From NCBI GenBank assembly GCA_025060635.1, contig JANXBN010000001.1, positions 565,284 to 629,283 on the forward strand: 64,000 nt of DNA, read 5' to 3'. The stretch is from Candidatus Kryptonium sp. (lineage in GTDB: Bacteria; Bacteroidota; Ignavibacteria; Kryptoniales; Kryptoniaceae). Of the stretch, positions 40,339-51,576 are shown piece after piece (the stretch's first letter is position 1; each line of letters starts with the position of its first letter). The position numbers and the translations under genes are program-made. Below the pieces are notes generated by a model, which saw only the letters and a program-made list of their open reading frames with translations, did not search any database and had not been told where the DNA came from.

Positions 40339-42090
40339 ATGTCGGTTAATGGAAAACTAAACGATATAGTTGTAAGGATTGGTGGGGAAGGTGGAGAAGG
40401 TGTGATGAGCGCAGGAGAGATACTGACATATTCTGCAGCGAGATCTTCATACCGTGTTTTTACATTTAGAACTTTCCCTGCCGAAATCAAAGGTGGGCTT
40501 GCAATGTATCAATTTCGCGTAAGCCCACACGATATTTATTCAATGGGTGATAAGCTTCATATTTTAATGGCTTTTAATCAAGAGGCATTTGATAATTATG
40601 CTTCTTTGCTCGCTGATGATGGAGTATTGTTTTACGATCCAGCAGAGTGCAAACCGCCCGAAAGCTTTACAAAGAAGAAATATGAAGTTCCGCTTAAAGA
40701 ACTTGCAATGTCTGCTGGGACTCATCTTGCAAAAAATATGGTTGCAACTGGGTTTTTAACCGCTGTGCTTGGGATTCCCGTAGAAAAATCAGAATATCAA
40801 ATTATTGATAAGTTTAAACGCAAGGGTGAAAAAATTCTTGAGCAGAACCTTACAGCTTTTAGAAGCGGAATTGAATATGCGAATAGATATCTTGATGAAT
40901 TAAGTAGATTTAAACTTGGAGAACCAGAGGGCAAGGATAAAAGGATAATTCTTTCAGGAAATCAAGCAATTGGTTTTGGAGCAATAGCAGCTGGTTGTAA
41001 AGTAGCCGTTGGTTATCCGATCACACCTGCATCTCCAGTGCTTGAGTTTTTAGCGCGATATCTTCCGAGGTTTGGAGGTAAAGTTATTCAAAATGAAGAT
41101 GAGATCTCAGCTCTTGCAACTTGTATTGGTGCGTCATATGCTGGTGTAAAAGTTATAACTCCAACTTCAGGTCCAGGGCTTGCTCTAATGACAGAACTTA
41201 TAACATACGCTTCAATGGCAGAATTACCGGTCATTATAGTTGATGTTCAACGAGCAGGACCTTCTACGGGGATGCCAAGCAAAACGGAGCAAACAGATCT
41301 TTATCACGCTGTCTTTGGTGGGCCTGGTGAAGCTCCAAGGATAGTCGTTGCCCCTGCTAATGTTAGTGAATGTTTCTATGAGACGGTAAGAGCTTTTAAT
41401 CTTGCCGAAGAATATCAAATGCCTGTGATTATACTCTCGGATCAGATTCTTGCTTATCAAACTGAGGCAATCCCAAAGCCAGATATTGATTCATTGGAAG
41501 TGGTAAATAGAATTGAACCAGATTACGATAATTATAATTCAGAATATCTCCGCTATAAGATCACGGAAACAGGTCTTAATCCAATAGCGACGCCAGGGCA
41601 TCCAGGCTTTGAATACATAGCACCAGGACTTGAACATAATGAGCGTGGAAATCCAAATTATACTCCTAAAGTTCACACAGAGATGCAAAAGAAGAGGTTT
41701 AGAAAGCTTGAAACGCTTGCCCAAAAGCTTGAAAATGAAGATAATGACTATTACAGAGTTGATGGTGCGGAGATATTGTTGATTTCTTGGGGTTCAACTT
41801 ATGGAGCTATAAGGGAAGCAATAGCAAGAGCGGAAATGGAGGGCGTTAAAGTAAGTCATTATCATCCGAGAATTTTGAATCCATTGCCAAAGCGAAAGGT
41901 CAAAGGGATTATTCAAAGTTATAAAAAAGTTATCGTTGTTGAACAGAATTATCACGGTCAGTTTGCAAACATATTGAGAACATTTGTGGATTACAATCCA
42001 ATTAAACTTAACAATTACGGTGGAATTCCTTTCACATCTGAAGAAATTTACAACAAAATAATAGAGGTCGCAAATGAGCGAAGTAATTGA
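40339..42090 (+). CDS. korA: 2-oxoacid:ferredoxin oxidoreductase alpha subunit (gamma-alpha fusion)
   Basis: IGGEGGEG, AEIKGG, GYPITPAS, EDEISA, TSGPG, QRAGPSTG.P. Confidence 0.92.
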   Translation: MSVNGKLNDIVVRIGGEGGEGVMSAGEILTYSAARSSYRVFTFRTFPAEIKGGLAMYQFRVSPHDIYSMGDKLHILMAFNQEAFDNYASLLADDGVLFYDPAECKPPESFTKKKYEVPLKELAMSAGTHLAKNMVATGFLTAVLGIPVEKSEYQIIDKFKRKGEKILEQNLTAFRSGIEYANRYLDELSRFKLGEPEGKDKRIILSGNQAIGFGAIAAGCKVAVGYPITPASPVLEFLARYLPRFGGKVIQNEDEISALATCIGASYAGVKVITPTSGPGLALMTELITYASMAELPVIIVDVQRAGPSTGMPSKTEQTDLYHAVFGGPGEAPRIVVAPANVSECFYETVRAFNLAEEYQMPVIILSDQILAYQTEAIPKPDIDSLEVVNRIEPDYDNYNSEYLRYKITETGLNPIATPGHPGFEYIAPGLEHNERGNPNYTPKVHTEMQKKRFRKLETLAQKLENEDNDYYRVDGAEILLISWGSTYGAIREAIARAEMEGVKVSHYHPRILNPLPKRKVKGIIQSYKKVIVVEQNYHGQFANILRTFVDYNPIKLNNYGGIPFTSEEIYNKIIEVANERSN

Positions 42091-42955
42091 GAAAATAAAG
42101 CAGGCAAAGGTTGAATATAAAAGTGATGTTAAACCAACTTGGTGTCCGGGTTGCGGTGATTATGGAGTGCTTGCAGCTTTTATAAGAGCATTAGGAGAGA
42201 TGAAAATACCGACACATAAAATAAGCATTGTTTCAGGGATCGGTTGCTCCAGTAGGTTTCCGCATTTTGTAAAAGGATATAATCTTCACACTGTGCATGG
42301 TAGAGCCTTACCAGTTGCTCTTGGTGTGAAGGTAGCAAACCCTGATCTTGAAGTTTTTGTTGTCGGTGGAGATGGCGATGGATTCGCAATAGGTGGAGGG
42401 CATATTCCGCATGTTGCAAGAAGAAATCCTGATATGGTTTATATAGTTCTTGATAACGCAATTTATGGTTTGACGAAGGGGCAAGTTTCACCGACTTCAA
42501 CCTTAACGATGATGACGACAACAACTCCATATGGAGCAATTGAACCGCCAATAAATCCTGTTATGCTTTTCCTTGCTTATGGAGCTACTTTCGTGGCGCG
42601 TGGATTTTCGTCAAACACGAAACAAATGACACAACTTATAATTGAAGCGACCAAGCATAAGGGCTTCGCTGCTATACATGTGATATCTCCATGTCCGACC
42701 TTTAATATGGAAATAACTTTTGACTTTGTCCGAGAGAGAGTTGTTGATATTCCGCCTGATCACGATCCGACGAATAAGCTCAAAGCATTTGAGCTTGCGA
42801 TGGCTCAGGATAAAATTTACACTGGGATATTTTATCGCGAGGAGAGACCAACCTTTGAGGAAAATCTTGAAAGAATTGTGTCAAAATTTGATGGCACAGC
42901 TGATGAGTTGTTAAGAAAAGAACGATTGGAAAAACTCTTTGATCAATTTGCTTAA
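42074..42955 (+). CDS. korB: 2-oxoacid:ferredoxin oxidoreductase beta subunit
   Basis: WCPGCG, SGIGCS, HGRA, GGDGD TPP motif, YGLTKGQ.SPT, SPCPTF. Confidence 0.93.
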   Translation: MSEVIEKIKQAKVEYKSDVKPTWCPGCGDYGVLAAFIRALGEMKIPTHKISIVSGIGCSSRFPHFVKGYNLHTVHGRALPVALGVKVANPDLEVFVVGGDGDGFAIGGGHIPHVARRNPDMVYIVLDNAIYGLTKGQVSPTSTLTMMTTTTPYGAIEPPINPVMLFLAYGATFVARGFSSNTKQMTQLIIEATKHKGFAAIHVISPCPTFNMEITFDFVRERVVDIPPDHDPTNKLKAFELAMAQDKIYTGIFYREERPTFEENLERIVSKFDGTADELLRKERLEKLFDQFA

Positions 42956-43003
42956 TTAGTTCAACTTGTCCTCACATTTAGCAAGTATTTGAAGACATTT
43001 CCT

Positions 43004-43033
43004 TCCCCCTCTTGACCCAAGAGGGGGATTTTT
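43004..43033 (+). terminator. Intrinsic terminator after korB
   Basis: TCCCCCTCTT-gaccc-AAGAGGGGGA-TTTTT. Confidence 0.85.
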
Positions 43034-43210
43034 GTTTTATTGGGGGTGAAATTTAAAGTTGCGATTCTGGATTTTTACCTTTCTGATTCGCACAAAGATT
43101 CAAATCTTTGAGCTTTTCATAAGGGATTCGCCTCTTTCGGGCAAAATTATTTATGGAGATTTTGAAAAATTTTTTATATTTAAATCAAAACTCACAAATT
43201 CAAAAACCTG

Positions 43211-44749
43211 ATGCGCCCCAGCGAATTTATTCTCATACTTGATTTCGGTTCACAATACACACAATTAATAGCAAGAAGAATAAGAGAGATAGGAGTTTAT
43301 TCCGAAATTCAACCTTTTAATTTCCCTATCGCTGAGATTGAAAGATTAAAGCCCAAAGGGATAATCCTTTCTGGTGGTCCTGCAAGCGTTTATGCAAATG
43401 GTTCGCCACAAGTTGATGTTAAATTGTTTGAACTCGGAATCCCTATCCTTGGAATTTGTTATGGACTCCAACTTATTGCATATAAACTTGGTGGAGAAGT
43501 TGATAGGTTTGCGAAAAGAGAATATGGCAAAGCGATTTTAAAAATTGAAAAAGATGACGATCTTTTCTATGGTTTAAATTCAAACACTATTGTTTGGATG
43601 AGCCATGGGGATGCGCTTTTGAAAGCACCTGATGGTTTTGATGTCATCGCTCAAACCGAAAATTCTCCTATTTGTGCTATACGAAATAAAGAGAAAAAAA
43701 TCTACGGCGTCCAATTTCATCCAGAGGTTGCCCATACAGAGAAAGGTAGTGAGATATTGAAAAATTTCGTATACAGAATTTGCGGATGCCAAGGTGGTTG
43801 GAACGCTGAATCTTTCATTGAAAACTCAATTAGAGAAATCAAGGAAATCGTCGGGGATAAAAAAGTTATATGTGGAGTAAGTGGAGGAGTTGATTCAACG
43901 GTTCTTGCTGTATTGCTTACTAAGGCAATTGATAAAAATTTAATCGCGATTTACATTGACAGCGGATTAATGCGAAAAAATGAAAGTAAAGAAATAGTTG
44001 AGATGTTCAATAAGCTCGGTGTCAACCTTCACTATGTTGATGCAGGTGAAATTTTTCTTGATAGATTACGCGGTGTGGTGGATCCCGAAATTAAAAGAAA
44101 AATCATAGGACACACTTTTATTGAAATTTTTGAGCAAGAAGCAGAAAAATTTCAAGATGTTGAGTTTCTTGCACAAGGGACTTTATATCCAGATGTGATT
44201 GAGTCAGTATCCTACAAAGGGCCTTCTTCTAAAATAAAAACTCATCACAATGTCGGTGGGCTCCCAGAAAAAATGAAGTTTAAGTTAATAGAGCCATTCA
44301 AGGAACTCTTCAAAGATGAGGTAAGAAACATTGGGAAAGCACTTGGCCTTGATGATGAGATATTAAATCGTCATCCGTTTCCTGGTCCTGGACTTGCTGT
44401 TAGAATTGTTGGTGAGATTACATATGAAAAACTTGAAATTTTAAGAAATGCTGACGAGATTTTTATAGAAGAAATAAAAAAAGCGAATCTTTATGATAAA
44501 ATTTGGCAGGCATTTGCTGTGCTTTTGCCTGTTAAATCTGTTGGTGTCATGGGCGATGAAAGAAGCTATGAATATGTGGTTGCTTTAAGAGCCGTGACAA
44601 GTCAGGATGGCATGACTGCCGATTGGGTAAAATTACCATATGATGTGCTTGAGAGAGTTTCATCAAGGATCGTAAATGAAGTTAAAGGAGTTAACAGAGT
44701 TGTCTACGATATAACGACAAAACCACCGGCAACAATTGAATGGGAATGA
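43211..44749 (+). CDS. guaA: GMP synthase (glutamine-hydrolysing)
   Basis: [43 protein letters not shown]. Confidence 0.98.
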   Translation: MRPSEFILILDFGSQYTQLIARRIREIGVYSEIQPFNFPIAEIERLKPKGIILSGGPASVYANGSPQVDVKLFELGIPILGICYGLQLIAYKLGGEVDRFAKREYGKAILKIEKDDDLFYGLNSNTIVWMSHGDALLKAPDGFDVIAQTENSPICAIRNKEKKIYGVQFHPEVAHTEKGSEILKNFVYRICGCQGGWNAESFIENSIREIKEIVGDKKVICGVSGGVDSTVLAVLLTKAIDKNLIAIYIDSGLMRKNESKEIVEMFNKLGVNLHYVDAGEIFLDRLRGVVDPEIKRKIIGHTFIEIFEQEAEKFQDVEFLAQGTLYPDVIESVSYKGPSSKIKTHHNVGGLPEKMKFKLIEPFKELFKDEVRNIGKALGLDDEILNRHPFPGPGLAVRIVGEITYEKLEILRNADEIFIEEIKKANLYDKIWQAFAVLLPVKSVGVMGDERSYEYVVALRAVTSQDGMTADWVKLPYDVLERVSSRIVNEVKGVNRVVYDITTKPPATIEWE

Positions 44750-44752
44750 TAT

Positions 44753-45622
44753 ATGGCGATTACAAGTATAAAAAAATCGCTTGAGAAGGCAAGACGATAT
44801 TTTGAGTCAGGAAAATTTTTGCATTCAATCCAGATTTATCACAAACTTATAAACGAATTCCCAAATTTTGTTGATGTCTACACGGAACTTGCATTTGTTT
44901 ATACTAAACTTGGCAAAGAATCTTTCGCTGAAAAATTATTGAGACGAGCTTATGAAATTGAGCCAGGGAACGAAGAAGTTTTATTCATGCTTGGAAATAT
45001 TTGTCTAAAGACAAAAAAATTTGATGAAGCAATAAAATTTTTCACTCCGCTTGCAAAGATTGACTATCCAATTGTTCATTATAACCTTGGCTTAGCTTTT
45101 TATTACAAAGGAAATCATCTTGAAGCAGAAGCAGAGTTTAAAAAAGTTTTAAAACTTGATCCTAACTTTCCTAAAGTTTTTGAATCCCTTGGAGAAGTGC
45201 TTATAAAGCGCGGGAGCTATGAAGAAGCAGTGGAATACCTTCAACGAGGTATTAAAAAAGAACCGTTTAATCATTTGCTTTATTATCTTCTTGCAATTTC
45301 ACATTGGAACCTCGGGAATCTATCAGAAGCCAGAAAAGCAATTGAAACAGCAATTGATTTAGAGCCTGAAAAGGCAATCCTCTGGCAAACATGCGGTGAG
45401 ATATTGCTTGAACTCGGAGAAGTTGATGAAGCGGAAAGATATTTTAATCGCGCTATACGACTTGATAAAAACCTTGTTGATTCGTTTATAAACCTTGGCT
45501 TGATCTACACATATCGCGGTAGAAAAGAAGAAGCAGATAAGTTTTTCAGCGAAGCTTTGAGAATTGATCCAGATGTTAAACCGAAAATAGAAGAAAAACT
45601 CAACCTGCTAAAAAATGGTTAA
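44753..45622 (+). CDS. TPR-repeat protein
   Basis: About eight consecutive TPR motifs. Confidence 0.85.
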   Translation: MAITSIKKSLEKARRYFESGKFLHSIQIYHKLINEFPNFVDVYTELAFVYTKLGKESFAEKLLRRAYEIEPGNEEVLFMLGNICLKTKKFDEAIKFFTPLAKIDYPIVHYNLGLAFYYKGNHLEAEAEFKKVLKLDPNFPKVFESLGEVLIKRGSYEEAVEYLQRGIKKEPFNHLLYYLLAISHWNLGNLSEARKAIETAIDLEPEKAILWQTCGEILLELGEVDEAERYFNRAIRLDKNLVDSFINLGLIYTYRGRKEEADKFFSEALRIDPDVKPKIEEKLNLLKNG

Positions 45623-47390
45623 ATTTTTTCGGGTAATCGTATTTCTCATCTTTTTCAGTGGTTATCTGTTAAGTCAGGGTGAGAGAATTTATAATCCAAT
45701 TGCTGATTCGCTCTTTAAAAATGGGGTTGAATTTTTCAAACTCGGTTTAAACGCGAGGATTCTAAGCGGGGATACAGCTGGGTTGCCTTATTTTTATAAC
45801 GCTTATTTAAACTTTGATTCGGTCGTTTCGCTTGGCTTAAACCATCGCACAACGGCAAGTTATTTAATGGTGGCAAAATCGCTTTGCTATCTTAATAGAT
45901 TTGACATCGCTGAAAAAATTTTGAAAAATTTTATCTCAGGATTTCCAGAAAGCGAATATATTGAAGATGCCTTTTATACGCTTGGTCTAATTTATGCTAA
46001 AATTGGCGACTACAAACAAAGCTTGCTATCCCTTGATAAAGCAATTGCGAAGGCAAAAGATGATAAATCAAAGTATGTTGAGGTTATTTCAGTTGTAATT
46101 GATTCAATAAGAGACGCTGATTTAGGGAATTTAGAAAAATTGGAGTTAACAGCAGACACGAGATATTTAATAGTGCGGAAGGTATCTGATAATCTTGTTT
46201 CCGCTGGAAAAATTGAGAGCGCAAAAAGATATATCTCGGAACGGTTGAGATATTTTCAGAGAACTGAGTTTTATGAAAAGCTAATTTTCCAAATCAATTA
46301 CTTTGACAGATTGCTTGTTCGTCCCAAGGTGAAAATTGGGGTTTTGCTTCCAGAAAAGCAAAGCTTAAGCGATGCGATTTTAAAAGGGATTGAAATTGCC
46401 GTTGACGAGCATAATATAAATTCAAATCCCAAAGTAGGAGTTGAGGTTAAGTATTATACAAGTCGGGATGTTGATCAAAAATTGTTAAGTTTTAGAAACT
46501 CACCTGATGTTATCGGCATAATAGGACCAATTTATAGCGAAGATGTTGAACTGTGTGCAAGATTTGGGGATCAAGTGAAGATACCAATAATTTCCCCAAC
46601 TGCGACATCTGATGGTTTAACAAAATTGAGCAATTACATTTTCCAGTTTAACTCAAATCATACAATTCGTTCAAGAGCACTTGCCCAGTTTGCGATTTTT
46701 GCTCTTGGTTTAAAAACTTTCATCATTCTTGCCCCAAATGACAGAGCGATAAAACCATTTGTTGATGCGTTCGTTGATGAAGTTACAAAGAATTCCGGTA
46801 AGATCGTCGCAGTTCAATTTTACAATCCTGATGAAACCGACCTTCGTCCTCGCTTCCGAAACTTAATTTTAAAGCTTGACTCTCTTAAAATCCCGATAAG
46901 CGAGGTTGGTTTTGAAGGCGTTGGTTTGTTTGCTCCGATTTCAAATCCAGATTTCATTGGTATAATTTCTTCGCAGGTTTATTATCATGACCTTAAAGTT
47001 AAAATTCTTGGCAATGATGTTTGGAACAACTTTGATGAACTTTATCTCAACAGAAGATATACTGATGGGGTTATATTTACAAGCGGGCAATATGTTGATT
47101 ATGAAAGTTTTTCCTTTAAAAATTTTGCGAAATTGTTTAAAGAAAAATTTGGCACCGAACCAAGTGAGTTCTCGGTTTACGGATATGACGCGGCGAAGAT
47201 AATTTTGAAAATAGCAAGCGAAGGTAAATTGACATCATCCGAGGTTTATGATAGGCTTAAAAATTGTGAGAACCTTGGCGTTGGTCGTGATGTGATCTTT
47301 GATGGAGAAAGAGTTAACAAGTCGGTTTCAATTCTTGTTTTCAAAGATAATTTAGTGAGGCGATTATCTCAATGGACGGTAAATCAATAA
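45615..47390 (+). CDS. Periplasmic TPR + type-1 periplasmic binding fold protein (LpoA/LppC-like)
   Basis: Signal peptide; FP.SEY.EDA TPR; IGVLLP, IIGPIYS, IISPTAT, GYDAA. Confidence 0.7.
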   Translation: MVKFFRVIVFLIFFSGYLLSQGERIYNPIADSLFKNGVEFFKLGLNARILSGDTAGLPYFYNAYLNFDSVVSLGLNHRTTASYLMVAKSLCYLNRFDIAEKILKNFISGFPESEYIEDAFYTLGLIYAKIGDYKQSLLSLDKAIAKAKDDKSKYVEVISVVIDSIRDADLGNLEKLELTADTRYLIVRKVSDNLVSAGKIESAKRYISERLRYFQRTEFYEKLIFQINYFDRLLVRPKVKIGVLLPEKQSLSDAILKGIEIAVDEHNINSNPKVGVEVKYYTSRDVDQKLLSFRNSPDVIGIIGPIYSEDVELCARFGDQVKIPIISPTATSDGLTKLSNYIFQFNSNHTIRSRALAQFAIFALGLKTFIILAPNDRAIKPFVDAFVDEVTKNSGKIVAVQFYNPDETDLRPRFRNLILKLDSLKIPISEVGFEGVGLFAPISNPDFIGIISSQVYYHDLKVKILGNDVWNNFDELYLNRRYTDGVIFTSGQYVDYESFSFKNFAKLFKEKFGTEPSEFSVYGYDAAKIILKIASEGKLTSSEVYDRLKNCENLGVGRDVIFDGERVNKSVSILVFKDNLVRRLSQWTVNQ

Positions 47391-48094
47391 AGTATGAAAT
47401 CAACACAGATTATAAAATCAGGATAAAAGATTTACCTCCTGAGACAAGACCGCGGGAGAAATTTATAAAGTACGGACCTCGTTTTGTTTCAAACGCTGAA
47501 CTACTTGCGATTTTGATCGGCTCTGGAACTAAAAAAATATCCGCTTTGGATCTCGCAAATAAAATACTGTCCGATGCTGGAAGTTTGCGTGAACTTGCTC
47601 GTAAGGATTTAGGAGATCTGAAAAAATACAAAGGTATAGGTTTGAAAAAAGCGGTTGTTATATCAGCGGCATTTGAACTTTCAAGAAGACTTCAATCGGA
47701 ACCAATATCAGAGCGACCTCAAATCACATCGCCTGAAGACATCGCTAAAATTTTCATCCCTCGGCTTTCGGATTTAACAAAGGAAATTTTAATAGTTGTG
47801 CTTCTTAACACTGCAAACAGGATAATAAAAGAAGTAGTGGTATCGGAGGGAAATTTGAACTCAAGTGTAATTCATCCAAGGGAAGTTTTTAAACCAGCTA
47901 TTGATGAGCTTTCAGCAAGCATCATCCTTGTTCATAATCATCCAAGCGGTAATCCAGAACCAAGCAGGATAGATATTGAAGTGACAAAACAAATTTATCA
48001 AGCGGGCGAGATTCTTGGAATAAAACTTCTTGATCATATCATAATTGCTGGCGATAAATTTAGTAGCATGGCACGACTTGGATTATTAAAATAA
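47372..48094 (+). CDS. radC: RadC/JAB domain protein
   Basis: [38 protein letters not shown]. Confidence 0.93.
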   Translation: MDGKSIKYEINTDYKIRIKDLPPETRPREKFIKYGPRFVSNAELLAILIGSGTKKISALDLANKILSDAGSLRELARKDLGDLKKYKGIGLKKAVVISAAFELSRRLQSEPISERPQITSPEDIAKIFIPRLSDLTKEILIVVLLNTANRIIKEVVVSEGNLNSSVIHPREVFKPAIDELSASIILVHNHPSGNPEPSRIDIEVTKQIYQAGEILGIKLLDHIIIAGDKFSSMARLGLLK

Positions 48095-48116
48095 AAACAA
48101 AATCAGTGGTAAAACT

Positions 48117-48599
48117 ATGGAGTTAAAAATTGTAAAGATTGAGAAACCTGACAACATCAACTTTATTTTGGGTCAGGCGCATTTCATAAAAACTGTTGAA
48201 GATTTATACGAGGCAATTGTCACAACTCAGCCACATCTGAAGTTTGGCATTGCTTTTTGTGAGTCCTCTGGTCCAGCTCTTGTTAGATGGGCTGGGAATG
48301 ATGAAGCAATGATTGAACTTGCGAAGAAGAATGCATTGAATCTTTCCGCTGGGCATTCATTTATTATATTTATGGATAATGGCTATCCGATAAATATCTT
48401 GAATGCCGTTAAAATGGTGCCCGAAGTGTGCAGGATTTTCTGTGCAACTGCTAATCCAGTGGAAGTGATAATCGCAGAAACAGAACAAGGACGCGGAATT
48501 CTTGGGGTGATAGATGGAGTTAAAACAAAGGGAATTGAAACAGAAGAAGATATTCAGAAGAGGAAAGAGTTCTTGAGAAAAATTGGATATAAATTTTAA
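48117..48599 (+). CDS. Adenosine-specific kinase family protein (DUF355/PF04008-like)
   Basis: [46 protein letters not shown]. Confidence 0.85.
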   Translation: MELKIVKIEKPDNINFILGQAHFIKTVEDLYEAIVTTQPHLKFGIAFCESSGPALVRWAGNDEAMIELAKKNALNLSAGHSFIIFMDNGYPINILNAVKMVPEVCRIFCATANPVEVIIAETEQGRGILGVIDGVKTKGIETEEDIQKRKEFLRKIGYKF

Positions 48600-48604
48600 T
48601 TTTG

Positions 48605-48679
48605 TGGGCGGTAGAGGATTCGAACCTCTGGCCTCCACCTTGTAAGGGTGGCGCTCTGAACCAACTGAGCTAACCGCCC
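48605..48679 (-). tRNA. tRNA-Val(TAC)
   Basis: GGGCGGT acceptor stem, CCACC-CTTACAA-GGTGG anticodon arm, AGAGG-TTCGAAT-CCTCT T arm. Confidence 0.96.
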
Positions 48680-48745
48680 AAAATTCAGTTTAAAAATAAT
48701 AAAAAAGTCGCTTTAAACAAAATTTAAAACTAATCCCATGCAGCA

Positions 48746-49888
48746 ATGAGAAAAACCATAACATTTGTTGTTTTCTTTTTATTCTTTTCGTTGCTTTTCT
48801 CACAAGAAAAACGATATGAGAGTTTGATCCACGAAATTTCCCAAAAGTATGCTCCAGACAAAAGGGTTGCTGTTTTTGACATTGTGGTTCACGAATTTGG
48901 AAACACTTTGATATTAAAGGGTGAAACAACTATAATGGAAGCAAAGATGGAATTGCTTTCAAAAATTAAATCAATTTCTACAAATGTAATTGACAGCGTT
49001 GTTGTTTTACCATCGCCTGAACTTGGGGATAAAATTTTTGGGGTCGTTTCAGTAAGTGTTGGAAACATGAGGGCAAAACCATCACATCAATCTGAATTGG
49101 TGAATCAAATTTTAATGGGACATAGTGTTAAGATATTAAAACGCCAAGGTTATTGGTATTTCGTTCAAACTGAAGCACCGGAAAATTATCTTGGTTGGAT
49201 TGAGGAGGGTGGCTTGAAAGTTTTTGGTTCAAACGAGTTTGAAAATTGGAATAAAGGGAAGAAACTTATCTTCATAGATTACTTTGGATTTGTATACTCT
49301 CAGAAAGATAAAGAATCAGTTCCCGTAAGTGATCTCGTTATGGGTGATGTTTTTCTGTTTAAAAAGGATGAAGGGAAGTGGATTAATGTTATTCTACCAG
49401 ATGGAAGGACAGGATATGTTAGGAAAGAACAAGTTAAGGATTTTGATAAATGGAAGAAGGAAGTAATTTTGAGTGTTGATAATTTGATTAAAACTGCGAT
49501 GAAATTCGTAGGTTTTCCTTATTTGTGGGGTGGCACAAGCATTAAGGGATTTGATTGTTCTGGTTTTACAAAGATCGTTTTTAAAATGAATGGGTTTGAA
49601 TTACCAAGGGACGCCGATCAGCAATCGCGCCTTGGTGTTGAGGTGGAGCCAGGTAAAGATTTTGAGAATTTAAAACCTGGAGATCTAGTATTTTTTGGTC
49701 AGAAAGCTGAGGAGGGGAAACCAGAGAGAATCACACATGTTGGAATTTATTTAGGAAACAAAGAATTTATTCACTCTTCTGGAAAAGTTAGCATTGATAG
49801 TTTTGATCCGAGAGCACCGAATTTCAATGAATACAGGTATAGAACATTTGTCAAGGCAAAACGATTGATAAAAAACGAAAACAAATGA
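48746..49888 (+). CDS. NlpC/P60 peptidase with SH3b domains (YkfC-like gamma-D-glutamyl peptidase)
   Basis: BON-like N-terminus, SELVNQ.LMG, PYLWGGTS.KGFDCSGF, LPRDADQQ, THVGIY, FIHS. Confidence 0.88.
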   Translation: MRKTITFVVFFLFFSLLFSQEKRYESLIHEISQKYAPDKRVAVFDIVVHEFGNTLILKGETTIMEAKMELLSKIKSISTNVIDSVVVLPSPELGDKIFGVVSVSVGNMRAKPSHQSELVNQILMGHSVKILKRQGYWYFVQTEAPENYLGWIEEGGLKVFGSNEFENWNKGKKLIFIDYFGFVYSQKDKESVPVSDLVMGDVFLFKKDEGKWINVILPDGRTGYVRKEQVKDFDKWKKEVILSVDNLIKTAMKFVGFPYLWGGTSIKGFDCSGFTKIVFKMNGFELPRDADQQSRLGVEVEPGKDFENLKPGDLVFFGQKAEEGKPERITHVGIYLGNKEFIHSSGKVSIDSFDPRAPNFNEYRYRTFVKAKRLIKNENK

Positions 49889-51060
49889 TGATTAAAAATC
49901 CAACTGAAATTTTTGTTTATCTCGTTTTATTAATTTTCGCAATATACAAAGCAAGCCAGATAAAATTTTTATCAAAGTTTTTCAGATACTTGCCACCAGT
50001 TATTTGGGTTTATTTCCTTCCGATGCTTTCATCGGCGTTAGGGTTGATCCCGCGTGAGTCTGAATTTTATACTTGGGCGAGAACTTACCTTTTACCATCT
50101 GCTCTCGTTTTGCTTTTGCTTTCTGCAAATATACCAGTTATAATGAAGCTTGGTCTCAAAGCAATAGTTATGTTTTTGACTGGTTCATTCGGTATAATCA
50201 TTGGAGGTCCGATAGTTTTGTTAATTTTTGAGCGCTGGTTACCTCCTGATGCGTGGAAGGGTTTGGGAGCTTTATCTGGGAGTTGGATGGGTGGAAGTGC
50301 AACGATGCTTGCCATAGCACAAAGCATTGGGACTCCTGAGTCATTGCTTGCTCCCTTAATAGTTGTTGATACCGTCGTTGGATATGGATGGATGGGGATT
50401 GTGATATTTTTGTCAGCATATCAAGACAAGGTGGACGAATTCAATCGCGTTGATAAAGCGATTCTAGTGGAGTTAAACAAAAGAATGCAAGAAGTAAAGG
50501 AATCAAAGCGAAGATTTTTGAGTTTTATTGATTTCGCAACAATGATTTCTATTTCGTTCGTAATTGGAATTATATCTTTAAAGATGGGTTCTATCTTACC
50601 AGAGATTGGAGTAATAATATCTCACTATACTTGGGGAATTATAATCGCAACCGCTATTGGTGTTGTTTTGTCTTTTACAAAGTTGTCGGAGCTTGAGCAT
50701 TCTGGCTCAACCCATGTTGGAAATTTCATGCTATATCTTTTGCTCGCATCGGTTGGTGCAAGAGCAAATATCTATGGAATTTTTGAAACCCCCATTTTCA
50801 TGCTTGTTGGGATCGTTTGGATAATGATCCATGCTATATGTTTGTTTGTGGTTGGAAGATTGATAAAAGCGCCAATGTTCTTAATGGCAACAAGTAGCCA
50901 AGCAAACATAGGCGGACCAGTTACAGCTCCAATTGTTGCATCAGTTTATCAAAGTGCTCTTGCACCGGTTGGACTTCTAATGGCTGTAGCTGGAAATATC
51001 ATTGGAATTTACGGCGGTCTTTTATGTTCGCAACTTTGCTACATAGTGTCAAGATTCTAA
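49885..51060 (+). CDS. DUF819 family membrane protein
   Basis: L.GSW.GG...M.A, S.ANIGGP.TAP.VA, about 11 TM helices. Confidence 0.85.
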   Translation: MMIKNPTEIFVYLVLLIFAIYKASQIKFLSKFFRYLPPVIWVYFLPMLSSALGLIPRESEFYTWARTYLLPSALVLLLLSANIPVIMKLGLKAIVMFLTGSFGIIIGGPIVLLIFERWLPPDAWKGLGALSGSWMGGSATMLAIAQSIGTPESLLAPLIVVDTVVGYGWMGIVIFLSAYQDKVDEFNRVDKAILVELNKRMQEVKESKRRFLSFIDFATMISISFVIGIISLKMGSILPEIGVIISHYTWGIIIATAIGVVLSFTKLSELEHSGSTHVGNFMLYLLLASVGARANIYGIFETPIFMLVGIVWIMIHAICLFVVGRLIKAPMFLMATSSQANIGGPVTAPIVASVYQSALAPVGLLMAVAGNIIGIYGGLLCSQLCYIVSRF

Positions 51061-51576
51061 TTCTTGTGGATCAATTTTACAAAGCAAAAACTTATGAATA
51101 TCCGCCTTTACTTGATAATCCATTGAGATAAGCATAACAATCGCCCTTGTATTGTTAATTTTTTCAATTATCCCAATAAATCCTTTTAGTGGTCCGTTTA
51201 TTACAACGACATAGTCACCTGGCCGAAGTTCTGAATCAGTTTCAGGTTTATCAGGTATATAGATGTGATTGTTCCAGTTCACTCTTTCTTTTATTTCTTC
51301 TATTATTGTTTCTTTTATTGGCTTTGGTTTTCCGTTGACTCCTAAGATTTTTCTTACCCCCCGTGTGTATATTACAAGATCAAACAAACTCGGTTTTAAT
51401 TTTGCAAATACGTAATTTGGAAATAACGGGACGATAACTTTTTTTCTTTTTTCTTTAACTATGCGAATTTCTTGAATTTTGGGATTGAAAACCTCAATGT
51501 TTGCAGAATTTAAATATAATTCAACGAGATTTTCTTGTTTTGGTTTAGTCTGCAAGACGTACCAACTTAAATCCAT
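51049..51576 (-). CDS. NusG paralogue, RfaH-like transcription antiterminator (start ATG 51576 or GTG 51597)
   Basis: WYVLQTKPKQE, PLFPNYVF, TRGVRKIL (NGN domain); GDYVVVINGPLKGF.G (KOW domain). Confidence 0.85.
   Translation of the reverse strand: MDLSWYVLQTKPKQENLVELYLNSANIEVFNPKIQEIRIVKEKRKKVIVPLFPNYVFAKLKPSLFDLVIYTRGVRKILGVNGKPKPIKETIIEEIKERVNWNNHIYIPDKPETDSELRPGDYVVVINGPLKGFIGIIEKINNTRAIVMLISMDYQVKADIHKFLLCKIDPQELES

Noticed and set aside
42956-43210. Possible purine riboswitch before guaA
   Set aside because: The conserved core (TATGG...TTTCTAC...CCGTAAA) is absent.
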